From assembly GCA_934365195.1 (NCBI GenBank), contig CAKRNA010000003.1:115805-179804 (forward strand): a DNA stretch of 64,000 nucleotides. The letters run 5' to 3'. Each line of letters begins with the position of its first letter. Position 1 is the first letter of the stretch. This DNA comes from an uncultured Clostridia bacterium (GTDB lineage: Bacteria > Bacillota > Clostridia > Christensenellales > CAAEEZ01). Below the pieces are notes generated by a model. It worked only from the letters and a program-made list of their open reading frames with translations. It was not told the DNA's origin and made no database searches. This document shows, piece after piece, positions 1 to 10,229 of the stretch. The position numbers and the translations under genes were made by a program.

Positions 1-929
1 ATTGTCACCATACCCTTAGTTCCGCCGTACTCGTCGATAACTATTGCCATGTGGCATTTTTCCAGTTGTAGTTGACGAAGTAGCACGGATATTTTAATAG
101 TAGGTGCGGTGTAAATAATCTTTTGCACTATGGTTTTGATATTTTTGCCCTTTTTGTAAAGCAACATATAGAAGTCTTTTTCGTGGATAAAGCCTACGAT
201 ATTATCTATGCTTTCCTCGTAAACAGGCAGCCTACTATAACCGCTTTCTCTAAATATTTGTGAAATTTCTTCAAGCGGAGTATGTATCTCTATTGCCACC
301 ATATCCACCCTAGGCACAAGTATTTCCATTGCTTCAAGGTCGTTAAACTCGATTGCGGAGCGGATAAGTTCGCTTTCGTGCTCGTCAAGAACGCCGCCGT
401 TCTCACTCTCCTCAACTATGGTGATAAGTTCGTCCTCGGTAATGCTCCTATTTTCGCTCTTGTGCTTGAATAGTTTATTCACCAACTTCTTCAAGCCCGA
501 AAAGAACAAGGTGAACGGGAAGAACAAGTAAATAAACATCATAAGAATAGGCGCTGAAAACATCGCCACTCTTTCAGGGAATTCCTTTGCTATTGACTTT
601 GGCATTACTTCGCCGAAGATAAGCACTACCACCGTGATTACGATAGTAGAAATCGTAGGGCCAAGTTCCCCACCCAGTAGGTTTGTGAACAAAATAGTGC
701 CTATGGTTGCGCCGGCGATATTCACGATATTGTTGCCAACGAGTATAGTTGACAAAACCCTATCGTAATTCTCGGACTGCTTGTAAACCAAGGTTGCCCT
801 TTTGTTCTTCTTTTGCATCATGTTTTTAAGTTTGATTTTACTTAGTCCCGTATATGCCGTTTCGGTTGCTGAAAAATAGCCCGATAGGATAATTAACACT
901 AATAACGAGACTGTGAGACCAACTTCCAT
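1..929 (-). CDS. CNNM/DUF21 + CBS-pair hemolysin-family membrane protein (TlyC/CorC-like); C-terminus cut by window edge
   Basis: Absent from the ORF track because it runs off the window. My reverse-strand translation from ATG 929-927 reads MEVGLTVSLLVLIILSGYFSATETAYTGLSKIKL...GEVMPKSIAKE...ELIRSAIEFNDLEAMEILVPRVDMVAI...GYSRLPVYEESIDNIVGFIHEKD...MAIVIDEYGGTKGMVT. This is a DUF21 TM domain followed by CBS domains. SD taGGAGaatatATG. Confidence 0.8.
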   Translation of the reverse strand, partial: MEVGLTVSLLVLIILSGYFSATETAYTGLSKIKLKNMMQKKNKRATLVYKQSENYDRVLSTILVGNNIVNIAGATIGTILFTNLLGGELGPTISTIVITVVVLIFGEVMPKSIAKEFPERVAMFSAPILMMFIYLFFPFTLFFSGLKKLVNKLFKHKSENRSITEDELITIVEESENGGVLDEHESELIRSAIEFNDLEAMEILVPRVDMVAIEIHTPLEEISQIFRESGYSRLPVYEESIDNIVGFIHEKDFYMLLYKKGKNIKTIVQKIIYTAPTIKISVLLRQLQLEKCHMAIVIDEYGGTKGMVT

Positions 930-1457
930 ATATTCTCCTATAACAAAATAGCCTTACTAAAAAGTAAAGCCAAATTATAATACCCTACTACCACACGTTG
1001 ATAGTAAGCCAGATTTTAAGTTATTAAATTTATTAAAAGTATTGCCCGGGGGCACGCTTAAATCTTCCAAAATTACTCCTAATATTTATTATATATAATC
1101 TATCATAAACGAAAAAAAATGTCAATACATAATAGCGTTTGGCTTTCTAATTGCGCTAAGCCGCTCGGTTTTTCTCGTGGTATTTTTAATTTTTACGCCT
1201 ATTTTTTTTGATTTTTTATGGTTTTTAGCGTTTTCACCCTCGTTTTTGCCTTTTTAGTTATTACTACTTATAAAAAACGGCTCAGCCCCTTGCTAACTAG
1301 GTATTTACTAAACCCGTTTTTCTTTTAGCGCAAATTTTTGCCTTTCATCGCTTTTAAGTTTTGGGTTATAATACGCAAATTTTTTGTAGTTAGTGCCGAT
1401 TTAGTAAATTTTTCGCAAAACCGTTTTGGATAGGCGTTAATATTAAAGCATATCGCC

Positions 1458-2828
1458 CTACTCCTCCACTTTTACCTCTATGCTCTCCCTCTTTTTAAGC
1501 AGTTTGTTCACCGTAAGCAGACACACCGTGCTACTTACTATCATACTGTACACGTCACCGATAGGCTCGGCGGCAACCGCCCCGACAGCCCCCATTGCAA
1601 AAGGCAAAGTTCCGGTAAGTACGCCTATTGCTAGTTTTCGGTTTAAGGATAGGCTTGCGCTAATTACCGGTGAGCCAAGCGCTACCAAAGAATCCACCAA
1701 AGCGTACTGAACAGACAAGAACATTATGCCCGAGGTGTAGATTTTTATCCACTTTTCAGCAAGGGCAAGCACCTCTTCGTCCTTTGTGAATAGGTACGCA
1801 AAACCCTTTGAGGCAAACATAGAAAAGAAGGTCATAATCAGGCAGAAAATTGCGCAAGTAAGTAGCACGCCGCCTAACGCCTTTTTCACCCTCTTAGTTT
1901 TTTGTGCGCCGTAGTTGTAACTGATTATCGGTTGACAGCCGCTTGTAATTCCTGCCATCGGCGTGGTGATAAGTTGCATAAACGCAAGCACTATCGTAAT
2001 AGCGGATAGGTAAGTATCGCCGTTTATCCCACCCGTCTTTTGCAATACGCTGTTAAGTATGATAATTAGCACGCTATCGGTGGAAATTATAAAGAACGGA
2101 CCAAAACCCATACCCATCACTTTTTTAATAATGGAAAAGTCGATTTTGTTAAGTTTTAACCTAATTTTAGGCTTTTTGCTGATTAAAAATCCAAGCAGGG
2201 AGAAGAATGAAACCGACTGCGCAATCACCGTTGCAACGGCAGCCCCCATTACGCCCATATCAAGTACCAAAATAAACACGTAGTCCAGCAAAATGTTGGT
2301 AAGTGCCGAGGCAATTACAATGGTCATACTAATTCCGGAGTAGCCTTGCGCCGTAACGAAACTGTTAAGTCCCAGCCCGCAAACAGCAAAAACCGTTCCT
2401 ATTAAATAATAGGTAAGATACTCGTTAGCGTAACCGAACGTTTCGTCGCTAGAACCGAACCAACGCAACATATAATCCTTTAACAAATAGGAAATAAGCA
2501 TCAAAACAAGCGACACCGCAATAAGACTTACAGCACAGTTGAACAGAATTTTCTCCGCCCTTTTGTCGTTACGCTCGCCCATTCTAATCGCCATAATAGG
2601 CGCACCGCCAAGCCCGATTAAAAACGCAAAAGACATAATAAGCGTGGTGATAGGCGCTGCAACGCCAACGCTAGCAAGCGCCAAGTTACCTACATCTTTG
2701 ATTTGCGCTACGAAAAACCTATCCACTATGGTGTACAAAACGTTTACGAATTGCGCCATCATAGACGGAATAGCAAGTTTTAGAATAAGCGAGGAAATCT
2801 TGTCCTCGCCCAAATTATTTTTTAGCAT
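1458..2828 (-). CDS. MATE family efflux transporter
   Basis: 456-aa polytopic membrane ORF (about 12 TM). The N-terminus ...LKLAIPSMMAQFVNVLYTIVDRFFV... is typical of MATE/NorM exporters. Confidence 0.85.
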   Translation of the reverse strand: MLKNNLGEDKISSLILKLAIPSMMAQFVNVLYTIVDRFFVAQIKDVGNLALASVGVAAPITTLIMSFAFLIGLGGAPIMAIRMGERNDKRAEKILFNCAVSLIAVSLVLMLISYLLKDYMLRWFGSSDETFGYANEYLTYYLIGTVFAVCGLGLNSFVTAQGYSGISMTIVIASALTNILLDYVFILVLDMGVMGAAVATVIAQSVSFFSLLGFLISKKPKIRLKLNKIDFSIIKKVMGMGFGPFFIISTDSVLIIILNSVLQKTGGINGDTYLSAITIVLAFMQLITTPMAGITSGCQPIISYNYGAQKTKRVKKALGGVLLTCAIFCLIMTFFSMFASKGFAYLFTKDEEVLALAEKWIKIYTSGIMFLSVQYALVDSLVALGSPVISASLSLNRKLAIGVLTGTLPFAMGAVGAVAAEPIGDVYSMIVSSTVCLLTVNKLLKKRESIEVKVEE

Positions 2829-3191
2829 ACTCTCTCAAATACCTGTTTTATCTGTTTTACCGTTTATTTCTAATTTTTATCTATGTTTTTTTACTTTATC
2901 TTTTAACTTTTCTCTTGTTCTTTTATCGCTAAATAACGCTATTTTGCCTTGTTTTACGTAGCAAAGTTTTCGCTTTTTATAAAAATTTTGATAGTCGATT
3001 TTTTTGCTTTTAGCCTAGCGTGGCTACTTAACAAAAGTATTTAACTATCAAAATCATTGTACTATATTCTAGCGTTTTATTTTCTTTTTGTATAGCGTTT
3101 TTGCTATCTTTTATTTTTTTCTTAATTTATTTTTTTATTTTTGATTTTCGTATTATTTTTATTTGCTGCTTTTAACTTAAAAATTTATCAT

Positions 3192-4139
3192 TTATTGCTT
3201 TTTTCTTACCGTGACTTCGCCAGAGTTAATAATCTTTTCGCCGTTATTTATTTCTAGGCTGCCGTCGTCAAGAATATTTGTAACCTTGCCTTCGTGCCAC
3301 TCGTTATTTTCAAAAAAACGCACCTCTTCGCCAAGTACAAGCGACCTTTTGCGGTATTCGTCCATAATTTTAGCGTTGTCTAGGTCGTCTAATATATCCA
3401 AAACGTTCTCGATAACCTTAGAGGCAAGCGCACTTCTCGTCACGCTGACATTTTCTAATATATTGCCTGCAATATCTTTTAGTTCGGCAGGGAATTTTGC
3501 ACGGCAATTTAGCCCTACTCCGATTACGACCGCATCGATTTCGTTGCTTTCAAAACCCGATACGCCCTCACAAAGAATACCTGCCACCTTTTTGCCACCG
3601 ATAAACACGTCGTTCACCCATTTGATTTCGGCTTTTTGATAGGTCAAACTTTCAATAGCACGACAAACCGCAACGGCAACCAGCGAAGTGATTTTCAAGC
3701 CCATATTTGTTTTTGGTTTAAGTAGTAAACTTAGGTACACACTTTCACCGCTTGGCGAATAAAAACTTCTTCCTAGCCTACCTCTACCGCCCGTTTGCTC
3801 GTCTGCAATAAATACCGAAGGCTTTTCCTCCACGTAAATCACACGTTTTGCCTCGTTATTAGTACTATCGGTGCTTTTGAAGAAGTTGATTTTGATACTT
3901 TCGTACCTTTCAGGCAAAAACCCTCTTACCGATGCGGCGCTAAGAATATCGCCACCGACAAGGCTGTAACCTTTGTTTGTAACTGCGTCGATTTCGTAGC
4001 CCTCTCCTGATAGCGACTTTATCGCCTTGTTCACCGCAGCCCTAGATACGCCTAGGTTCTTTGCCAAGGTTTCGCCCGAAAAATATTCGCCCGTGTTGTT
4101 TTCCAACACTCTTAGTACTTCGTCTTTTACGCTATTCAT
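3192..4139 (-). CDS. birA: bifunctional biotin--[acetyl-CoA-carboxylase] ligase / biotin-operon repressor
   Basis: 315 aa. N-terminal wHTH (SGETLAKNLGVSRAAVNKAIKSL), GRGRLGRSF biotin-binding loop, KWVNDV motif and a C-terminal SH3-like tail. The start overlaps the pflA stop by 8 nt. Confidence 0.9.
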   Translation of the reverse strand: MNSVKDEVLRVLENNTGEYFSGETLAKNLGVSRAAVNKAIKSLSGEGYEIDAVTNKGYSLVGGDILSAASVRGFLPERYESIKINFFKSTDSTNNEAKRVIYVEEKPSVFIADEQTGGRGRLGRSFYSPSGESVYLSLLLKPKTNMGLKITSLVAVAVCRAIESLTYQKAEIKWVNDVFIGGKKVAGILCEGVSGFESNEIDAVVIGVGLNCRAKFPAELKDIAGNILENVSVTRSALASKVIENVLDILDDLDNAKIMDEYRKRSLVLGEEVRFFENNEWHEGKVTNILDDGSLEINNGEKIINSGEVTVRKKQ

Positions 4140-4842
4140 TTAATTTCCCGTCCACGTATTTTTGAAGGTCACTTAGCCTATCCGCTTCCATACTAGGCAC
4201 GCCGCTAAGTAAGTATGATAGCCCAAGTTTTTCGTACTTGCTTACGCCAAGCGTATGGTAGCCAAGTAGTTCGTACTTTTTAAGGTTTTTCACAGATTTA
4301 GCCACCTTAACGTACCTATCCATATCGCTCTCTGTGTCGTTTATGCTAGGTACAACCACGGTTCTAAGCAAAACTTCCACCTCTGTTTCGTTAAGCAAGG
4401 CTATCATCGTTTTCACCGTTTCCATACTGCCCTTACATTGCTCATTATACCCCTTTTCGTCGTAAAATTTCAAGTCCAAAATCACAAGATTTACAACGCC
4501 AAGTATCTCTTTTATATTGTCGGGTATTACGCAAGCGCTAGTATCAATCGCCACGTGCAAGCCGTTTTCTCTAAAACCTTTTATCAGTTCAAGGGTAAAT
4601 TCGCTTTGTAAAAGTGGCTCGCCGCCGCTGATGGTTATTCCGCCGTTTTTGTAATAATTTTTGTACCTGCTCAGTTTTTGCACAACCTCGCTGCTGTCGG
4701 TTTTAGTGCCCTGAACCTGCCAAGTATCCGGATTGTGACAATAACTACACCTATACTTGCAGCCCGACAAAAACACCATACCACGAATCCCGCCGCCGTC
4801 AAGGGTTGCAAACGTTTCGTAGGAATGAACGAAGCCTTCCAT
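4132..4842 (-). CDS. pflA: pyruvate formate-lyase activating enzyme (radical SAM)
   Basis: 236 aa. CKYRCSYCHNPDTW (CX3CX2C radical-SAM cluster) and GGITISGGEPLLQ. Lies immediately downstream of pflB with a 1-nt overlap. Confidence 0.92.
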   Translation of the reverse strand: MEGFVHSYETFATLDGGGIRGMVFLSGCKYRCSYCHNPDTWQVQGTKTDSSEVVQKLSRYKNYYKNGGITISGGEPLLQSEFTLELIKGFRENGLHVAIDTSACVIPDNIKEILGVVNLVILDLKFYDEKGYNEQCKGSMETVKTMIALLNETEVEVLLRTVVVPSINDTESDMDRYVKVAKSVKNLKKYELLGYHTLGVSKYEKLGLSYLLSGVPSMEADRLSDLQKYVDGKLNE

Positions 4843-7067
4843 TATAGCGACTTATGGTAAGTTCTTGCAATAACTTCCCTTTGTTGCTCCTCGCTTAGCC
4901 TGTTAAAGTTTACGGCGTATCCGCTTACTCTTATGGTCAAGTTTGGATATTTCCACCTGTTGTTCATAGCGTCGATTAGCATATCACGGCTGATTACGTT
5001 CACGTTTAGGTGATGAGCGCCGCTAGTAAAATAACCGTCTAGCAAGCCAACAAGTGCTTGTTTTTGCTCCTCTACCGTCTTACCAAGAGTGCCTTGCTCG
5101 ATAGAGAAAGTGTTGGAAATGCCGTCACGACAATGGTCGTAATTTAGTTTTGCCACACTACTAAGGCTGGCAATCGCACCGCAACAATCCCTGCCGTGCA
5201 TAGGATTTGCACCGGGAGCAAACGGCTCGCCCTTCTTTCTTCCGTCCGGGGTTGAGCCCGTCTTTTTGCCGTACACCACGTTTGAAGTGATGGTCAAAAT
5301 GCTTAGCGTGTGCTTTGCGTTTCTATACGTTGGCACTCTGCAAAGTTTTTGATAGAAGTCCTCTATAACGAACTTAGCAATGTCGTCCGCTCTGTCGTCG
5401 TCGTTACCGTACTTTGGATAGTCGCCCACAATCTCAAAGTCCGAAATAATGCCTCTTTCGTCCTTTTTAGCGTACACTTTTGCGTACTTTATTGCGGACA
5501 AACTGTCTACAAGCACGCTAAATCCCGACACGCCAAACGCCATTAACCTTTCAACGTCAGTATCGTGAAGGCTCATCATAAGCCTTTCGTAAGCGTACTT
5601 ATCGTGCATAAAGTGGATAATATTCATAGTGTTTACGTACAAGTTTGCAATCCACTCAGAGTACTTATCGTAAGAGGCAAGCACTTTGTCGTAATCAAGC
5701 AGCCCCTCCTCAAAAGCCTCTGACACAGGGCCAACTTGTATGTTTTGTATCTCGTCCTTACCACCGTTTAAAGCAAGTAGCAATGTCTTAGCAAGGTTAC
5801 ATCTAGCGCCGAAGTATTGCATTTGTTTGCCGGTTTTCATAGCGGAAACGCAGCACGCAATAGAATAGTCGTCGCCGTAAATTTTCCTCATAACGTCGTC
5901 GTTTTCGTATTGAATAGAATCGGTATCGATGCTGACTTTTGCACAAAATTCCTTGTAAGCGGTAGGTAATTTTTCGCTCCAAAGAATAGTGATATTAGGC
6001 TCTGAGCAACTGCCTAGGTTGTACAAAGTGTTAAGTAATCTATAACTATTTTTAGTTACCATAGGCTTGCCTTCTAGGGTTAAGCCGCCGTCAGAAGTGG
6101 TTACCCAAGTAGGATCGCCTGCAAAAAGTTCGTTGTACTCAGGAATACGTAGGTGGCGAACAAGACGAAGTTTTAGCACGAAATCGTCCATAATCTCTTG
6201 CGCTTCGCTCTCGGTGATAACGCCGTTTCTAAGGTCTCTTTCAAAGTAAATATCCAAGAAAGTGATTATCCTGCCTATGCTGTTTGCCGCACCGTTTTGC
6301 TCCTTAACAGCGCCAAGATATCCAAAATAAAGCCATTGAACAGCCTCTTTTGCATTATTAGCAGGCTTAGAGATATCCAAGCCGTACTCCTTTGCCATAT
6401 CTTTAAGTTGGTGCATAAAACTTAGTTGCTTGTGTAGTTCCTCGATTTTGCGGATAATTTCCTCGCTCATCGGCATAGATTGAAGCGCCCTTTTATCAGC
6501 AAGTTTTTCCTCGATAAGCCTATCCATTCCGTACAAAGCAATCCTACGGTAATCGCCGATAATTCTTCCTCTTGAATAGGTATCGGGTAAGCCCGTAATC
6601 AGTCCGACGTGCCTTGCCCTCTTCGTTTCGTCAGGGTAAACGTTGAACACGCCGTCGTTATGGGTGGTTCTATACTTAAACTCGTCCTTAACTTTTTCGG
6701 ATAGTTTGTAGCCGTACGCAATGCACGCTTGCTCGCTCATACGAATGCCGCCAAAAGGCACAACCGCTCTTTTTAGAGGCGCATCGGTTTGAAGGCCCAC
6801 TATAATATCGTCGTTTTTATCTATATAGCCCGGTTTAAAGGAAAGTATCGAGGAAACCGTTTCGGTGTCCACGTCCAAAACGCCACCCTTTTCAGCCTCT
6901 TGTTTGATTAGGTCGTTTACCTTATCCAAAACTCTTAAAGTCCTCTCGGTTGGCTTTTCTAGAAAACTCTCGTTCCCGTCGTAGTAAGTGTAGTTCTCGG
7001 CAATAAAATCCCTAACGTCTATGGATTCTTGCCATTTTGTACCATTAAAATCATACCACTCTTTCAT
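4842..7067 (-). CDS. pflB: formate C-acetyltransferase (pyruvate formate-lyase)
   Basis: 741 aa. Glycyl-radical motif [11 protein letters not shown] at the C-terminus, catalytic IACCVSAM Cys-Cys pair, and full-length PFL-like sequence. Confidence 0.95.
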   Translation of the reverse strand: MKEWYDFNGTKWQESIDVRDFIAENYTYYDGNESFLEKPTERTLRVLDKVNDLIKQEAEKGGVLDVDTETVSSILSFKPGYIDKNDDIIVGLQTDAPLKRAVVPFGGIRMSEQACIAYGYKLSEKVKDEFKYRTTHNDGVFNVYPDETKRARHVGLITGLPDTYSRGRIIGDYRRIALYGMDRLIEEKLADKRALQSMPMSEEIIRKIEELHKQLSFMHQLKDMAKEYGLDISKPANNAKEAVQWLYFGYLGAVKEQNGAANSIGRIITFLDIYFERDLRNGVITESEAQEIMDDFVLKLRLVRHLRIPEYNELFAGDPTWVTTSDGGLTLEGKPMVTKNSYRLLNTLYNLGSCSEPNITILWSEKLPTAYKEFCAKVSIDTDSIQYENDDVMRKIYGDDYSIACCVSAMKTGKQMQYFGARCNLAKTLLLALNGGKDEIQNIQVGPVSEAFEEGLLDYDKVLASYDKYSEWIANLYVNTMNIIHFMHDKYAYERLMMSLHDTDVERLMAFGVSGFSVLVDSLSAIKYAKVYAKKDERGIISDFEIVGDYPKYGNDDDRADDIAKFVIEDFYQKLCRVPTYRNAKHTLSILTITSNVVYGKKTGSTPDGRKKGEPFAPGANPMHGRDCCGAIASLSSVAKLNYDHCRDGISNTFSIEQGTLGKTVEEQKQALVGLLDGYFTSGAHHLNVNVISRDMLIDAMNNRWKYPNLTIRVSGYAVNFNRLSEEQQREVIARTYHKSL

Positions 7068-7085
7068 TTTTATCTCCTATATAAT

Positions 7086-7180
7086 AAAAAATACCGTCCT
7101 AAAGCATCTCTGCCCAGACGGTCGGCCTATCCATACTTACTCCCGTGTAGTTTGCCTACTTATCCGTCAGTCGTAAGTAC
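7086..7180 (-). promoter_or_regulatory. ZTP riboswitch (pfl motif) with terminator expression platform, 5' leader of pflB
   Basis: The minus-strand RNA reads ACUUAC GACUGACGGAUA AGUAG GCAAA CUACA CGGGAG UAAGU ..linker.. GGCCGACCGUCUGGGCAGAG. P1 is ACUUAC/GUAAGU and P2 is GUAG/CUAC. The conserved GACUGnCGG, GGGAG and CCGnCUGGGC blocks are present, with a GACGG/CCGUC pseudoknot. ACCGUCU (7117-7123 region) can alternatively pair with GGACGGU (7093-7099), followed by A-U6 (7086-7092), giving a terminator. Confidence 0.88.
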
Positions 7181-7186
7181 ACTTAT

Positions 7187-7195
7187 AATATAGCA
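7187..7195 (-). promoter_or_regulatory. extended -10 promoter element for the pflB leader
   Basis: The minus strand reads TGCTATATT (TGn + TATATT). The predicted TSS at about 7180 coincides with the 5' end of riboswitch P1. Confidence 0.5.
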
Positions 7196-7294
7196 CACCT
7201 TTCAAGGTAAATGCTAGCGTTTTAAGAATAATTTATTTATTTTTCAAAAATTTTTATTTTTAGTAAGATTAGGTCGTTTTGCACAAAACAATTT

Positions 7295-7317
7295 AAAAAA
7301 GACGCTTTTTTGCGCCT
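7295..7317 (-). terminator. intrinsic terminator after the metallophosphoesterase gene
   Basis: Minus-strand AGGCGC-AAAAAA-GCGUCU (6 bp, one G.U) followed by a U run, 16 nt after the stop at 7333. Confidence 0.55.
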
Positions 7318-7332
7318 TTTTTGTTTGTTTAC

Positions 7333-8385
7333 TTATTTTTTCTCTTTGTTTAAATCCGGTGCAACCTCGTCTAAGGGCATAAGTTCCACGCTAAAACTTC
7401 CGTCGTCCTTAACGTTAATTATCGTGCCGCCTCTTTGCGAAGACCATTTCATAATTTTTCTGTATGCAAGGTAGTCCACGCTCATGCCGTAGGTTAGTCT
7501 AATGCCCTTATATTCAAGCGATACGGTGTTTAGGTGGTCGTGCCCCATAAACATACCTTTACAACTACCAAACTTAACCATTTCGTCAAAGAAGTTACCC
7601 CTGAACTTTGGCACGCCGAAGTAGTCGTTAGTCTCTCCGACTTCGCCAAGATGCCACTTAACGTCGGTGTTGCCGCCGTTTCTAGTGTACTTTTTCCAAG
7701 CCTCTTTAAACTCGTTTACAGGAATGTGGAAAAATGCAAGCGACCTAACGTTAGGTCCGCCAAGTTTGTTTATCTCCTCTTTATACCACTCGATTTGGTC
7801 GTCGTGGATATTGTCAAAGCCGGAATAAAAACTTGCAAGCCCCTTTTCAATGTACATATTGCTGTCCAAAAACATCAAGGCGTTGTTTATACTGCCGTCT
7901 TCGTTTTTAAGTTTGATAACGTAGTTGCCCTCGCCAGATATCCCCTCTTTGCCTGTTTGAAATACGCTGTACTCCGCCTTTTCGTATAAATCGGATAGTA
8001 CCGACTTTCTGTACATTGCCACGGGTTCTACGTCGTGGTTGCCGTACACCACCGTCCACGGAATTTGGAAACTATCAAAAAGATCGCATATATCTTGCGT
8101 GGATTTTTTATTATTTATAGTGCCGCCGATAAACGGAATAGGGTAAACCATATCGCCCGTAACTACAATTAGGTCGGGTTTTGCGTTTTCTACAATACTA
8201 ATAATTAGGTTTTTGCAATACGTATCCTTCTTTTTAGTAAACACGCTACCGCCGTAATGCAGGTCGGTAAGTTGCAATATCCTAAAATCTTCGCCCTTTT
8301 TCTTATCAAAAACGTAATAACCGTCGCCATCAAGATAAGGTTTTAGTCCATTATTTTTTACGGGTTTTGCTACTAATTTTTCCAT
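7333..8385 (-). CDS. calcineurin-like metallophosphoesterase
   Basis: 350 aa with the ordered motifs LTDLHYG, VTGDMVYP, YGNHD, FFHIP and MGHDH. There is a 9-nt gap from the upstream transporter gene. Confidence 0.8.
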   Translation of the reverse strand: MEKLVAKPVKNNGLKPYLDGDGYYVFDKKKGEDFRILQLTDLHYGGSVFTKKKDTYCKNLIISIVENAKPDLIVVTGDMVYPIPFIGGTINNKKSTQDICDLFDSFQIPWTVVYGNHDVEPVAMYRKSVLSDLYEKAEYSVFQTGKEGISGEGNYVIKLKNEDGSINNALMFLDSNMYIEKGLASFYSGFDNIHDDQIEWYKEEINKLGGPNVRSLAFFHIPVNEFKEAWKKYTRNGGNTDVKWHLGEVGETNDYFGVPKFRGNFFDEMVKFGSCKGMFMGHDHLNTVSLEYKGIRLTYGMSVDYLAYRKIMKWSSQRGGTIINVKDDGSFSVELMPLDEVAPDLNKEKK

Positions 8386-8394
8386 ATCAGCCTC

Positions 8395-9954
8395 TTAGCA
8401 CAACTCTTTTACCAGTTTGTCGTACTCTGTTTTTTCTTCCTCGGTAAAACCTTCAACGCCGGTTTCGTTTCTCTTATCTATAAAATAACGTATTCTTTCT
8501 AGTTTTTTATCTGTAACTTTGTATCTTACTGCCGCAATAAAACCTATGGTTAGTAGTACTGCTACGGTAACTGCCAAAAATACCCTAATAGCGATATATA
8601 CGCTGTTCGGTTGAGCAAAGAATATCTCCTCTTGACCGGGCACTTTTTTACTAGCCACAAAGCCTGCGCCTGTTAGTACCCAACCAACCATACCCACGCC
8701 AAACGCCGTAGCCGCCTTTCTTGCAAAGGTCATAACGCCACTCATATTAGCGGTAGGACGATAGCCGAGTTTTAGTTCGGCAACGTCTACTGTATCAGGG
8801 AAGATTAGCCAAGGCATTGATTGTGCGCCTGCAAAACCTAAGCCCATAATACCCGAGAAAATAGGAATTAGGTAAGGCTTATTCCACCTTGGATCGTAAA
8901 TAGCAAGTAGTATTGCGCCAAGAACGTATAGTGGTAATAGCGTTCTATAAGCAACCTGCTTGGAGTATTTTGCCTTTAATACGTAAGCAATTACAATGCC
9001 GACAGCGGCAAACACCATCATAGGCATAATCACCCACATAGAGCCCATTTGTATTTTACCCAAGAAGCCAGATGCGTTAGGGAACAGCATTGCGCCGCTG
9101 CCCATAATGTTGCCCGAGTGGTCGCCGATATAGTCGGTGTAGTAAATTGCCAAAGCAGACACGATATCCATAGTTAAAAACGCAGATACGTACATTACGA
9201 TATGGTGCAAGTAAGATTTAACTTTAAGCCCTGCAAAGTAATCTTTCCACTTAAATTTAGTTTTAACGGAATTGTCAAACGGTGCTCTTTCTTTAACTAC
9301 TAAGCCCGCAACGATTAGCGGAATACCAAAGAACAAGCCAAAGCCGAACACGATTACGTAGTAGAACTCCGAGTACTCCATAGCGCCCTTAGATACTTGT
9401 CCCCATACAAGACTTGGAATTAAATAAAGCAATCCGCCCGAAATAATATCAAATAAAAGTTTATAGGTATTAGCCTTGTTTCTTTCTGCGTAGTCCATAG
9501 AAATATCCGACGCCATACTCATAAACGGTACTTGCGATATGGTGCTTATCGTACAGTAAATGATATATGCAAATACCATCCACACTATTTTACTTTCAGC
9601 GCCAAGCCCTTGGATAGGGGCAAACAAAAATGCAAGTCCAAACGGAATAAGAATACCGCCTATAATCATATACGGTTTTCTTCTGCCAAGTTTACTCCAT
9701 TTTGTGTTATCGCTAATTAGTCCCATACCTGTGTCTGAGATAGCGTCCCACAACTTAGATACGGTAATAATCGTAGAGGCAACTGCTGCCTCGATGCCTA
9801 TAATGTTCGTGAAAAATGCCAGTAATATTACAGATAGAAATGCGGCTTGTCCCCCACCGAAAATGTCGCCTGCACCGTAAATTATCGCTTCTTTAGTAGA
9901 AACTCTATCCTCTGGCTTTGCAATGTGTTTTGGTTTTTTTTCTTTTTTACTCAT
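8395..9954 (-). CDS. glycoside-pentoside-hexuronide (GPH)/MFS cation symporter family transporter
   Basis: 519 aa, about 12 TM. GPH loop 2-3 signature DAISDTGMGLISDNT...GRRKPYMIIGG. Confidence 0.8.
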   Translation of the reverse strand: MSKKEKKPKHIAKPEDRVSTKEAIIYGAGDIFGGGQAAFLSVILLAFFTNIIGIEAAVASTIITVSKLWDAISDTGMGLISDNTKWSKLGRRKPYMIIGGILIPFGLAFLFAPIQGLGAESKIVWMVFAYIIYCTISTISQVPFMSMASDISMDYAERNKANTYKLLFDIISGGLLYLIPSLVWGQVSKGAMEYSEFYYVIVFGFGLFFGIPLIVAGLVVKERAPFDNSVKTKFKWKDYFAGLKVKSYLHHIVMYVSAFLTMDIVSALAIYYTDYIGDHSGNIMGSGAMLFPNASGFLGKIQMGSMWVIMPMMVFAAVGIVIAYVLKAKYSKQVAYRTLLPLYVLGAILLAIYDPRWNKPYLIPIFSGIMGLGFAGAQSMPWLIFPDTVDVAELKLGYRPTANMSGVMTFARKAATAFGVGMVGWVLTGAGFVASKKVPGQEEIFFAQPNSVYIAIRVFLAVTVAVLLTIGFIAAVRYKVTDKKLERIRYFIDKRNETGVEGFTEEEKTEYDKLVKELC

Positions 9955-10137
9955 AATCTCTTTTCTTTTTTTGTAACATATTTTTGCTATTCTATTATAT
10001 TATAAAAAATGCCTCTTTGTAAATAACATAACCCCATTTTACAAAAATATTACAATTTTATTCATAAATCACCTCTTAAATAATTGAATTTACGGAAATA
10101 TCTTCTGTTTATGGCATTTTTTGGCGAAAATTTTGAA

Positions 10138-10176
10138 AATAAAAAAATAGCATTTAGAATAATTTCCAAACGCTAT
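10138..10176 (-). terminator. intrinsic terminator after the PadR-linked membrane protein gene
   Basis: Minus-strand 13-bp stem AUAGCGUUUGGAA-AUUA-UUCUAAAUGCUAU (two G.U pairs) followed by U7AUUUU. Confidence 0.6.
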
Positions 10177-10229
10177 CCTTTTTATTATTTACTTAATTTT
10201 GTTTTAAACGGTTAAATTTGTAGACCTGC

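Noticed and set aside
2539-2961. This and many other 60-160-aa track ORFs lie antisense to, or out of frame with, long well-supported genes. Examples: 282-473, 1480-1710, 3211-3639, 7534-7989, 9560-9880, 13416-13748, 17579-18052, 21325-21798, 22347-22826, 26242-26598, 32769-33203, 35097-35477, 43378-43797, 46183-46545, 51470-51889, 54284-54703, 61023-61304.
   Set aside because: Each lies fully inside a gene on the opposite strand or in another frame, and that gene has clear family motifs. Their translations are low-complexity (S/L/F/I/T-rich) mirror images with no SD and no recognisable domain, so they are shadow ORFs.
7276-7289. GTTTTGCACAAAAC perfect palindrome upstream of the pflB promoter as a Rex/FNR/CRP-type site.
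   Set aside because: It does not match the Rex (TTGTGAA-N4-TTCACAA), FNR (TTGAT-N4-ATCAA) or CRP consensus. It is centred about 100 bp upstream of the predicted TSS and sits next to the preceding terminator, so there is no basis for a call.
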